A DNA stretch of 57,156 bases, taken from assembly GCA_907165135.1 (NCBI GenBank), contig CAJRAX010000011.1, forward strand, positions 1-57,156, in the 5' to 3' direction. The notes beneath the pieces are model-generated. The model was not told the DNA's origin and ran no database searches. It saw only the letters and a list, made by a program, of their open reading frames with translations. A program made the translations under genes and the position numbers. The DNA is from Oikopleura dioica (lineage: Eukaryota > Animalia > Chordata). Shown piece by piece: positions 43,310-53,515 of this stretch; the stretch's first letter is position 1, and the number at the start of each line of letters is the position of its first letter.

Positions 43310-44050
43310 TTACCTCAAATCAAAAGCGTCGTGCTGAAAACTCTCAAAAATAACGGCTCTTTCGATATTCTGCGCATTTTTGATTCCATGAAGAGGGTCG
43401 CATTTCACATCGTCCTCCACTTCTCCCTCCAAGTCTTCCAGATCTCCACGTCCGCCAAGCAACTCGCTCAACAAAATCGCCGTCTGGCCGTTTGTCCCAA
43501 AATAAATCGTGTCAGATTCAACTTCGCCGGAGGAGTCTTCTTCGAAATCATCTTCGCCGTCATCCAAAATTTCTAATTCTCATGGCAAGGTTGGCCTTTC
43601 TCTTTCGATGATTCCTTCCACAAAGCCGACGGAAAGCTCTCTTCTACCATCCTCAAGTTGATCGGCCAAAGGAGGACGCATCCAGTTGATTTCCTTCGAA
43701 TGGCCGGCGCAGACGAGCGGGAGGATCCAGTACTCGATCGAGGTTATTTCTATCAACCTTTCTGAGTTTGAAAGGTGCTCCATTGTGAAGTCGATCGGCG
43801 CGCTTTTCGATAGTTGTTTCAGCTTCAGAAGGAGCTCATAGAGTAGCGTAAACCACGTTCCAGAGATCAGGATGCGAGTCTAAGTGGATCATTTGAAGCC
43901 TCTTTGCCCCCAATTGACATCGACGGCGACATCCGCCGAAAGGGCCGAAACCGGCGCGAACTTCTCAACAAGAAGTGAATCCCAGCCAAGAACCTCTCCA
44001 TTTCCTCCGCTTAAAATATCTGGCAGACCAGGAAACCAATTGGTGCATTT
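43310..44050 (-). pseudogene. Unidentified coding-like fragment with in-frame stops
   Basis: Collinear short ORFs 43889-44116, 43580-43783 and 43310-43567 are separated by single stop codons. Confidence 0.3.
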
Positions 44051-44436
44051 GCAATTCTGAAATTCGTACAAACAGCATGCAGCTTTTTCTGTACTGGCAA
44101 AGTTTTTACTTTTCAAAGAAATTTCGGAAAAGCCGCTTTGCGGCTTCTTTTTGACTAAGGGGTAGTTCAGCTATAAATTTCAACTGTTTCAGAACCTGAC
44201 TCAGGAATTCTTGTTTTTTTCGGAAAGGCGAGAGTTTGGAAAAAAAAATATACTTTTACGCCTTGTCCTTTTTCAAGTCTTCAATTTTCTCCTTTTTACG
44301 AAAAAAGACTGAGGAGCATTTTAGTCGGAGCGAAAGAAAAAGCCGCAAAAATAGCCCACAGCTTCAAATAAAACATTTTATCTCGAAATAAAAAGCCAAT
44401 TCTAGCAGCTGAACATCCCCCTTTTTCTCCGGAAAG

Positions 44437-44503
44437 TGACAGGAGTGGGATTCGAACCCACGTCCCGGAAAAATCCGCGCTCTGGCCGCTGAGCTACCCT
44501 GTT
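44437..44503 (-). tRNA. tRNA-like gene lacking a complete anticodon loop (pseudo-tRNA or SINE-like head)
   Basis: AACAGGG TA GCTC AGCGGCCA GAGC G CGGA TTTT TCCG GGAC GTGGG TTCGAAT CCCAC TCCTGTC A. D and T arms and A/B boxes are intact. The anticodon arm is 12 nt instead of 17. Confidence 0.75.
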
Positions 44504-45639
44504 TTATCACTTCCGGTGACAAAAGGGACTCTCTGCCGCTTGAATTCGGCTTTCTATTTTAGAATAACTGAGTCAGGGTCATTCAAAAGCTTTTAAAGCT
44601 TTTTTCCGAATGATTCCCCCATTTTTTAAAAGAGCTCGTTCCAAGGATCAGGAATCGTAGTGGATCATTTTTGGATGAAGAAGAAACATTCCGAGTGCAC
44701 TTCAACGACTCTCAATTCCATCTTTGGCATTCTAAAAACAATATTTTCAAAAACTTTCTCGAAAGTTCATTCTTCGTTCATTTCCGCTTCTTCTTCAGAA
44801 CCGTCAGAAATCTCGATAAGGGAGTCTTCGTCCGAGTCTTGCTCCGACTCCGAGTCTGAGTTTGGAATGATCGCCCGCGAAGAAGACTCTTTTTCGAGGA
44901 AGGGCGGCGGACTGTGATTATTTTGGAATCGGCCTCGCTTTTCGAGCTCTTCTGAAAACTATTTCATAAAAATTTCATAGCAGAATTCGAACCTGTTTCG
45001 TGGAAGGAGTCGCGTCTCTTGATCAAATTAACTTCCTTCATCAGCATTTTTCTTTCTGTTTTCCGATTTCGTGGCCGACCATGCTCTGCGCCTTGCTGTT
45101 GCCGTCGAAAAGATCGTCGTCCCGAGCGTTCTTTCGTAGTTTCCTTTGCAAAAATTATGTTGACTTGCTTTTCTCTGCTTCCTAAAGCTAAAATGTTTCG
45201 CTCCGCGCGCGGACCAATCAGCGCGCGCGGAGATTCCAAAAGCGAGAAAAAGAGAAAAGCCGAAAAATGGTGCTAAGGGATGAAAATGAAGAAAACAGTG
45301 AACTAGAGAACAAGAAATAAAAAGAAGGGGTTTTCTTCACTGATTATTTTTGATCTGCACTCGATTGAATGTGAAATTACTGTAGCAAGCTAACTGAAGC
45401 GATCTTTAGAATAAGGCCCAATCGGCCATTTGTCTGATGAGCGGCTGAGATGAGCGTGGCTAATCTCGTGAATGACTTCTTCAGGGCTGAAATGGAGGGG
45501 ATCGCGAGCTAATCGACAACAACGACGAGAAAGGAACTCCAAGGAAAGACTCCTCGAAAAATCTAGCGCAACCGTTTCTTCCCCTCTCGCAAGCCAAGAA
45601 ATACCAACTCGTAAAACAGCTGTTTCAGTCTTCGCAATC

Positions 45640-47280
45640 GTCGTCCGTCAAAAACATTCCGCTGGAGAAACGATTGTTGTAATTGGAGCTGGACCATCAG
45701 GAATTTCTACAGCCAGACAGTTTCATTATTTTGGATTCAATGTGAAGATTCTAGAGGCGAGGAAGAGGATAGGAGGACGAGTTCATGTTTGGGCACCTTA
45801 GGTTCGTTTGAGTGAAAAAGCTCACTTATCGTCCATTTTAAGGTAGCTGTAGGAGCAATGGTCATCAACGGCCGCCAAAACAACCCTATCATCACCATGA
45901 GTCGTCAAATCTACCACGATGTCCACATCCTCGGAAGCCAATGCGGCCTTTTGTCAAATCCGAATCGATGGCTCGTGGACCAGACTTGAGAATGGAGCAT
46001 CATTTCAACACGATTTTGGACATTTTATCCGACTGGAGATTAGACAAGAAAAAGGACATTCCACTCATCGTCGCTCACAAAGAATGCGTCAGCCAAAGCG
46101 CGGAAAGATACTCAAAAACAGAAATGAAACTGCTCGACCTCCACATCAACAACTTGGAATACGCCTGTGGAGCGAGCCTTTCTAGCGTTTCAGCGCTCAA
46201 TTGGGACCAGAACGAGCGTTTTCCGCAATTTGGCAGGGATCATGCGATCGTGACATACGGATTTTCTGATGTTTTGGAAGAATTGTCGAAACCGCTGAAT
46301 ACAGAGTTTGAAATTTTTCGGTTTACCGGTGGCGAGCATTGATCATTCTGGGGAAAAGGTGGTCGTCGAAACGACTCATCGGGAGAAAATTGAGGCGGAT
46401 AGGATCGGATACAGAATACAATTTTCTAAAAAAGGTTGAAATAAGACTTTTGTATCCATTTCAAAAGTTCTTCGTGTCAATCCCACTCATGCTCGCTCTC
46501 ATGAAAAAGAAAATCATCAAATTCACCCCCGACTTATCTCCGCGAAAATGGCGCGCTGTAGAAAACATCGGCGCCGGCCTGATAGAATAATGCCTCCTCC
46601 GCTTCGATTCAAAATGGTGGAGTTACATGATCGGTGGCGCTGATTTCTTTGGCTCCATCAGGCGTCGACGCTGATGATGAACACGATACGTCGGGGATTT
46701 TTAATGTGTTCTACGATATTCCATCGGCTGAGAGTGATCATTTTACGCTCATGTCGATCGCAGCTGGAGCTTCGCTTGATATTTATCATTCGATGAGTGA
46801 TAAACAGCTCGTTTCCAGTGCGATGGCGACGCTTCAAGGCAAGAGTCAATTAACAAGCTCCTTTTTACTTGAATTGTCGCCATTTTGTGACTCTTAAAAG
46901 AAATCTTCAAAGAAAACACGAGCCCAGAGCCCCTGAGCTTCCACATTACACGCTGAGGAAAAGAAGAATACTCCCATATGAGTTATTCTTTTATCAAACT
47001 CGGTTCAACCGGAAAAGACTACGACAAAATGGCGGAACCAGCTTCCGATCGATTATTTTTCGATGGAGAAGCCACCAATCGGTACGTTTAAGCGCATCCC
47101 TCTATAAAAAATGTTTGATAGGTATTTCCCACATACAGTGACAGGAGTGACAGTCCCTACTTGTCCGGAGTTCGCGAAGCAGCGAGAATTTTCAAGCTAG
47201 AACACAAGAAACTCAACCCTGATTCGAAATTCTACGGCGACTCGATTTTCGAACAAACTTCTCTTCATCCCCAGGTAAAG
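45640..47280 (+). pseudogene. KDM1B: Lysine demethylase LSD2 amine-oxidase domain, disrupted
   Basis: IGAGPSG..LEARKRIGGRV, INGRQNNP, NLEYACGASL..WDQNERFPQFGRDH, GAGLIE*, ITR*GK, GEATNR, SGVREAARI. Stops at 46588 (TAA) and 46954 (TGA). No intact SWIRM or zf-CW region is visible. Confidence 0.8.
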
Positions 47281-47560
47281 AAATCATCCCTTTTCTTCCC
47301 TTATCGTTCTCTAAGAAGCGAAAGAGCGAGTCAATCAACCAAAAACCGCCTTCAAAGAAGATTAAACGACGAAAATCCGAGCCGATTCCGACCATGTAAC
47401 CGACCATGTAAAATCTTGTTTCCTTATTTTTCATATTCACATGTTTTTTCTTCTTCCAAAGCTTTACCTTTTTCTCACTGCCTTCATTGTTCTTCTTTTT
47501 GCTGCAATATCTTTAATATATTTTCTTATGCTTGAATCAATGGTCAAAATATTGGTTAAG

Positions 47561-47914
47561 GAATTCGAAAATTTCGGCTATGGTCAATTTTTGGAGTTAA
47601 GAAGATTTGGAGTAAGCCAAAAGGAGCAACTTTATTTTCCGGAAAAATTCCAAATCGGAGCAAAATTTCAAAGCCGATTTTAAGGGTGTTGCAGAAATAT
47701 TTAAGGGTATCTGAATAGCTCAAAAGAAAGCCCGGGCCCCGAGGCGCGTTTTTGCCGGGGTTTGAAAGGGCCGGGAGGCCCTTAACACTATTAAAATCGG
47801 CTTTGAAATTTTGCTCCGATTTGGAGTATTTCCGGAAAATATAATTGCTCCTTTTAGCTTACTCCAAATCTTCTTAACTCCAAAAATTGTGTCGAGCCGA
47901 AAATTTCAATTTTC
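47561..47914. mobile_element. Foldback element with about 100-125-bp inverted arms
   Basis: 47585-47683 is a near-perfect reverse complement of 47791-47889, around a GC-rich spacer. Confidence 0.85.
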
Positions 47915-47949
47915 AGATGAACTGACAGAGAAAAAGTGAAAGGGGATTA

Positions 47950-48605
47950 AAATGGCCCGATTTTCACATGTTTCAGGACTGATTATTTTCCTTCTAGCGC
48001 TGGTTTTTCTTTTTATAATCGACTTGCATATGCAAGGCCTACAGGTACAATGGTGTGTTAACTCTTTGCCCGAAGAGTCTTCAACTGCCAGAAGCCTCAA
48101 AGATCGCCTCTCCTTTTCCAACTCTCAAGAATCACCAGCTGTACTTCATGAAGAATTTGTCCAGTCGCTAGAAAATCCCATTGTGCGCCTTTCCAGTCTC
48201 TCCCGCTCCTCGCTGCAGAATTTTCCCTCTTTGAAATTCGTCCTCGCTTCACTCACCGCAAACGCTGCTTATAGGCTATGAAGTATAGCGATGTCGGAGA
48301 AGCGATGCTAGAGAATTTGATGGTTTCTATTGGCAGATTCGCAGGCAACTGCTCGAAATGTCTATTTCCGAAGCCTACTGGCTCGTACCACTGCTCCGTC
48401 TGTGCCAAATTCGTCATTTAGATGGGTAACCATTCTCTCTCAATTCATCCCTTTTGAACCTCTTCGCTTTAGACCACCACTTTCCCTGGATCAACAACTG
48501 CGTCTGCCATTTCAACCGGCGCTTCTTCTTGAACTTCTGCCTCTGGACGACGATCGGCTGCGGCTACTTCTCGCTGGTCGGCTATCCCTATCTTCGGCAA
48601 AATAA
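47950..48605 (+). pseudogene. ZDHHC palmitoyltransferase fragment, catalytic DHHC changed to DHHF
   Basis: CSKCLFPKP..YHCSVCAKFVI*MDHHFPWINNCVCHFNRRFF, with TAG at 48419-48421 and TTT at 48481-48483. It runs directly into unrelated coding sequence near 48600. Confidence 0.75.
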
Positions 48606-48682
48606 ACCAAGAAGACGACGACAAAATCAGCAACCGTCAGCGCGCCAAAACGACCGGTCACTGCTCGTCCCGCTTTTGGATC

Positions 48683-49369
48683 TTGCGCGAAACCGGCAAA
48701 ACCAGTTGTTACTTCTTGACCGGCGAGTGTGAAACCAATGGTCAATTGGCAATGATTGATCGAGCGAAGAGCACGCTGAATTCTCGACTTGATACTGGAT
48801 TTGCGCTAAAGCCAAGAACGATGAGTGCGAAGAGTTCGATTCCACCGCGGCAAGCTTCAGCCAAACCACGACCTGTTACTACTTCAACTTCTGCGAGTCG
48901 ATTTGGCGCATTTGCGAAGACTGGCGTGAGTAAAACTGAGAGAAAGCCTGGTGCAACAAAGAAAGAGGAAGCGAAGAAGGTGGTCCAGCCGACCTCTTCA
49001 AAGACGAAACCAGGTGTGATTCAGCCAAAGGTTGTCTCACGATTCGGCCAAGCTTCATCTTCTAGCAAGAAAGAAGTGCAGAAAGTTAAACCAGCGAGTA
49101 GTTCAGTAACTGCACCAGGGAAGAGCACGGCAGCGACGAATCCGAAGCCAAAGATTCCGACTTCGACGATGGAAAAGCCTGAAAAGTCGAAGCCGCTTAC
49201 GGCCAAGGCAGCTGAAGTTACTGAGAGACTTTTGAGTAAGACGCCAAAAACGCCTCGCGATAAACCAGCAGAGTCTAAGACTCCTGCTTCTTCCTCTGCA
49301 TCTTTGAAAGCGAAAACACCAGTGCGACCGAAGACTCCAGTGGCGAAAACGCCAGCTAAAACTTCTTGA
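48683..49369 (+). CDS. Lys/Ser/Thr/Pro-rich basic low-complexity ORF, probably an internal part of a broken gene
   Basis: 228-aa ORF with KTP repeats. Coding-like sequence continues on both sides in other frames. Confidence 0.4.
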   Translation: MRETGKTSCYFLTGECETNGQLAMIDRAKSTLNSRLDTGFALKPRTMSAKSSIPPRQASAKPRPVTTSTSASRFGAFAKTGVSKTERKPGATKKEEAKKVVQPTSSKTKPGVIQPKVVSRFGQASSSSKKEVQKVKPASSSVTAPGKSTAATNPKPKIPTSTMEKPEKSKPLTAKAAEVTERLLSKTPKTPRDKPAESKTPASSSASLKAKTPVRPKTPVAKTPAKTS

Positions 49370-49899
49370 TTCAGCTTTTGACGACGAACTAATCAACCCA
49401 ACGAGTAAAAAAGCAGTCTTCGTGTTCGAGCAAGTTGTCCCAGGATTAAAGACGAACGACAAATGCCAAGCCACATTTAACGTAACTACAGCTGAATTTA
49501 ACAAGTCCTAAAAAGCTTTTTAAGGATGTCGCCTGGGAAGTTGCCGGAAAGGGCTTTGTCACCTCCGCCAATTTGACTAATGTTCAAGTCAAATAAGCGA
49601 TCTGAAGAAAGACCGTCGATTCACTAGGCTGCTACTCAAAATACTTGATAGGGACAATTTGAAATTAATGATAATCACCTTTCTACTTTAAGAATTTTGA
49701 TGAATCGAATCGTTTTTCGCCGAATCGTTCCTTTTGCTAGTTTATCCTCGATCCAGGTAAAAAGAACGATTGGATTCGAGGTGATTTTAAAGCGATTGAA
49801 AGCTCTTCTGGAACGAGAAGGAATCGAGAAATGTGTTGGCGAAAGATAGAAGCTACATAATCGAAGATTCCTCTGGAACGATTGAATATTGAAACTCGT

Positions 49900-50345
49900 A
49901 CAAGAAAATGCGATTATTTGGGTATTTCGGCTGTCCTTACTGCGCCAATGTAAGGGCCTATGTTAAATTTCGGGGAATCGATAACAAAGACGTCGAAGTC
50001 AGCATTGGCAAGCCAGAGCTGAAGGGTGTCATTGAAAACTACTTACAAGGTAAATTGCTTGTTCCTTTTGGCAAAGAATAGTCATTTTTAGTGCCCGTCC
50101 TCGCCTTCTACAACAACAGCAGTAGCGAGCCCGACGCAGTAGTGAAGGACTCCGGAGCGATCGTCTCGACTCTGGAGCAAGTGCTCCGATTAGTGGCCGA
50201 GCCGATGAGCGAAATCGCCAAATAATACTTCGACGAAAAGGGTAAATTCATCAAGAGCAAGGTGCCGATCCTGACGAAAGATGGACAGATCCAGACAGTA
50301 AATTCGTTCAAGACGGAATTCTATATATCGAAGCTTTTGCAGTAA
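49900..50345 (+). pseudogene. PTGES2: Prostaglandin E synthase 2-like glutaredoxin/GST N-domain, truncated
   Basis: LFGYFGCPYCANVRAY..VEV, VPVL..KDSGAIVSTL, with in-frame TAA at 50223-50225. No GST C-terminal domain before RSU1. Confidence 0.6.
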
Positions 50346-50590
50346 TCAACTTGACTGAAGGGACGAGCGCTTGGGAGCAGTACGAACAGAGTCCCGAGCT
50401 GATGCAGTGGTACTACTCAGTCCAGCACGCGCTCGACACTCATCAGGGCATGCTCTAAGCACTGGCCCCACTGAATCACTTTTAGACTTGAAAAACCGTC
50501 CAAACTTCATTCTTCAAAAGATAACTAACCAAGGAATCAAGGCCCAAGCTTGTGAAATTACTAGATGTTTTCATTCGTCTTCATTTTAGA

Positions 50591-51440
50591 ATGTCAAGCA
50601 ATGTCACAAAAATCGTTGAAGAAAACAAGAAAAGCAGACACTACAGTCTTTCTCTCAGCGACAAGAGCATCACCCAACTGACGCAGATTTCTTCCGACTT
50701 CAGCCAACTGCAGCACCTCTCCGAGCTCATTCTCGCGCACAACGGCCTCAAACAGCTCGCTGCTTCGATCACAAACTTAAAGAATCTCAAACTGCTCAAC
50801 TGCTTCAACAATGAGCTCGTCGAGCTTCCCGGAAACTTGTCGGAGGTGAATTCAAGAGCGCGATTCTTTTCTAGAAGCCCTTGTTTTAGCTGCAAGAGCT
50901 GAGTAATCTCAATTTGGGAATGAACAAGCTTCAGCGCCTGCCGAACAGCTTCCACAAACTCGCCAAGCTCGAAATACTCGACTTGACGTAAAACAACTTC
51001 AACGAAACAGTTTGCGAGCTCCTTTCTAAGGTAACTCTCAGTCAGTCGCGTTTTTCCTATTTTTGTAGTCGCTGCGCGCGTTGTACGTTTCCGACAACGA
51101 CTTCCACAATCTTCCTTCAAAAGTGGCCCAATTTAAGAGACTTCAAATTCTTTGCGCAAGAGATAACGAGATAACGCTCATTCCGCCGGAAATCGCACTA
51201 ATGGACAATTTGACAGAGCTTCATTTACAGGTACTTGATAACTTCGTTTAGAATCGTATTTCATTTGGATCTTGCAGGGCAATTTGCTGAGTCTACTTCC
51301 GCCGCAGCTTCCAGTGCTCGTCGGGAAGAAGCTCAAAATTCTGAGAGTGGAGAGGAACTAGTTCGTCCGACCGATCGAAGAAAACAGGAAAAAGGCCAAC
51401 AAGCGCTGTAGATTATCTCCGCTCCGACCGTAAGACAGCT
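50591..51440 (+). pseudogene. RSU1: Ras suppressor protein 1 (LRR), disrupted
   Basis: LNCFNNELVELP, LNLGMNKL, LEILDLT*NNFNE, LRALYVSDNDF, LHLQGN, ERN*FVRPI, DYLRS. Three intact introns, stops at 50989 and 51359, and frameshifts near 51410. Confidence 0.85.
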
Positions 51441-51743
51441 CTTCTTGATAGGCTTCCTTTGAGGCTCAAAGTTTGAGCGCAATTCAGAGTACTGCATCTT
51501 CTACAACCGCGAAGGAGGCGACCAGAACGCGAAGCCCTCTGCCGAGCGGCGCAAAGAGCGGGAGAAGAAGCGGCAAGTCACCCGCCCAGTCCAGGCTTGA
51601 TCTGATTCTGTACCTTTTTTGCATGTTCTGTCTGGCAGCACTTCCAATATCCACCAGCGCTACTTTCATCGTCATCAAAAACTCCCTTCAGTGCACTGAC
51701 CTCTCTCTCTTCTACGCTTGATCATTCTAACTGGCCAATTTAA

Positions 51744-52417
51744 GGGGTAGTCCTCGCTTTTGAAAAAATCGGAATTTTCAAATTTTCTTTGCAAATTCTG
51801 AAAACTCGTTAGAAGAGCTAAAAACTTTGTGTTGATCATTTTTTCAAAATATAAGAGGAAAAAACCCAAAATCGCACTTGAAAAATGAGATTTTGATGTA
51901 AAATTTCAAAAACTCGAAATTTTTGCCAATTTTATCCATAGATATAGCTTTATTTCGATTTTAAATTACCTCTAGATAATAAAGATAATAAATAAAATGT
52001 CTATTATTATGCTAATTTAGTATAAATCATCCTTAAAAACTTATTTTTCAAGATTTTGAGACCCAACCTTTGATTGATGGCATTACATTATGACTTTTCG
52101 GAATTTTTAATTTCCCTGAATTCAAACCTAGACGAAGGTATGAACTTTCAAAAAAATTAATAAGTTTAAATTTTTGAAACATCCTCTTGATTTTAGGCGC
52201 GTTTAGAAAAAGGCCAAAATGGCGATTTTGCCCGGGCTAGGTTCTATTATCGCCCTCTAACTCCTTAAGCGGGCGAATAAAATTTTTTCCGTGAATTCAA
52301 ACTTTCATCAGGGTTCGACCTTTCTACTCATATAGTTTTTATCCCTTAACCCCACCGCAAATTTGTGGGAGCGCTGTTCAAAAAGAGCCGAGATCGCAAA
52401 AAGCAGGGACTACCTCC
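51744..52417. mobile_element. 674-bp non-autonomous element with TTAA TSD and GG..CC ends (Kolobok-like)
   Basis: TTAA at 51740-51743 and 52418-52421. TIR GGGGTAGTCCTCGCTTTT / AAAAAGCAGGGACTACCTCC. Confidence 0.75.
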
Positions 52418-52421
52418 TTAA

Positions 52422-52471
52422 GGAACTCCCGTTGAAACTGGTCCACTTTTGAAAGGTTGCTGGGAAGTTCC
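52422..52471. mobile_element. 50-bp TTAA-flanked mini element sharing a TTAA with the preceding one
   Basis: TTAA GGAACTCCC ... GGGAAGTTCC TTAA (52472-52475). Confidence 0.55.
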
Positions 52472-52599
52472 TTAATTGGCAAATGGTTCCTTTTCTTCTA
52501 ATAAATTCGGTTTCTTCAAAATATTTTTTATTCGTATTTTCAGAATTGGCGATTGAAATAAGCCATCCCTTTTGTTTTTACGAATATTGAGAATGATTA

Positions 52600-53301
52600 C
52601 TAAAGGAGGAATCAAACGAGGAATTTACGGGTGTATGGCGCCCAGGTTATGCGGCCGTCCTTGAGTTCCTGAAAGACATGGCCAGCGCGAAGGAAGACAA
52701 AGACTCGGCCTTCCGGTCGGTAATGTCGATGGACAAGTCAGCGTTTAGCCGAAACGATCGGAACTATGAGAACCTCTCGCAAAACAGTGTAACAGTTACT
52801 TCTATCTCGTCGAGTAGATCGCGGCCGATCGACGCCGAGAGAATTAACGCAGGCTTCGTTGTCAACTTCAAAAGAAATACTCTATCTAGGTCACTATTTT
52901 CTGCACAAAGAATTATCCAAACTTGTTTTCAGTACAACTGCGAAAGCAACGGGCTCTGGCGGCTACTTGAACGTCTCTCAAGCGGGTCTCATTCGAGAAA
53001 CTCTTTTCGCTATGGAAAACATCCCCGGCCTCTTCATTTGCTACGACGACAACGTCAATTCACTTTACAGATACCGACTCAAGGAGAAATGACAGAGTAG
53101 ACAGTCGCGATCGATCAGATGTGGAGTCGCTGGGCGCGTTGGGCTTTCACGTTCGCGAAATCAGCGCCTTTATCGCGCAGCACGAGAAGCAGGAAGGATG
53201 ATTGGAAGCGCTGGTCAGCAGAATTCGAGCTGGGACTTTTCCAAGTTTATGCGGCGGAGTATGATGGCAAAAAGACCAAAAAAGAGGACTTGCGAAATTG
53301 A
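52600..53301 (+). pseudogene. Unidentified coding-like fragment with frame changes
   Basis: Overlapping ORFs 52678-53100, 52859-53092 and 53119-53301. Confidence 0.3.
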
Positions 53302-53515
53302 TGCTTCCGAAGCACGAGAATAGACAACTTTAACCGCTGCTGTTTAAGATTTCCAGTATGACTAAATTATAAACACCATAACAGTGTTTTCGGCTTGGTC
53401 TACGGGAGTTTTTCTGAAAACGGGTGTGGGTGGGGATGGGGACAGGCAAAGTCCTCATGTCTTATTATTTGGCGGGAGACTCTGTCTGTCTGCGATCAGG
53501 CAGGCTCCCTTTAAT

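Noticed and set aside
42576-51361. Stop-codon reassignment or readthrough explaining in-frame TAA/TAG/TGA
   Set aside because: By homology the stops replace different residues (Tyr in RSU1 and probably PTGES2, Gln in BRAP, Lys in KDM1B and ZDHHC, Trp for the TGA). The same genes also have frameshifts and deletions, and intact genes terminate normally at TAA/TGA/TAG.
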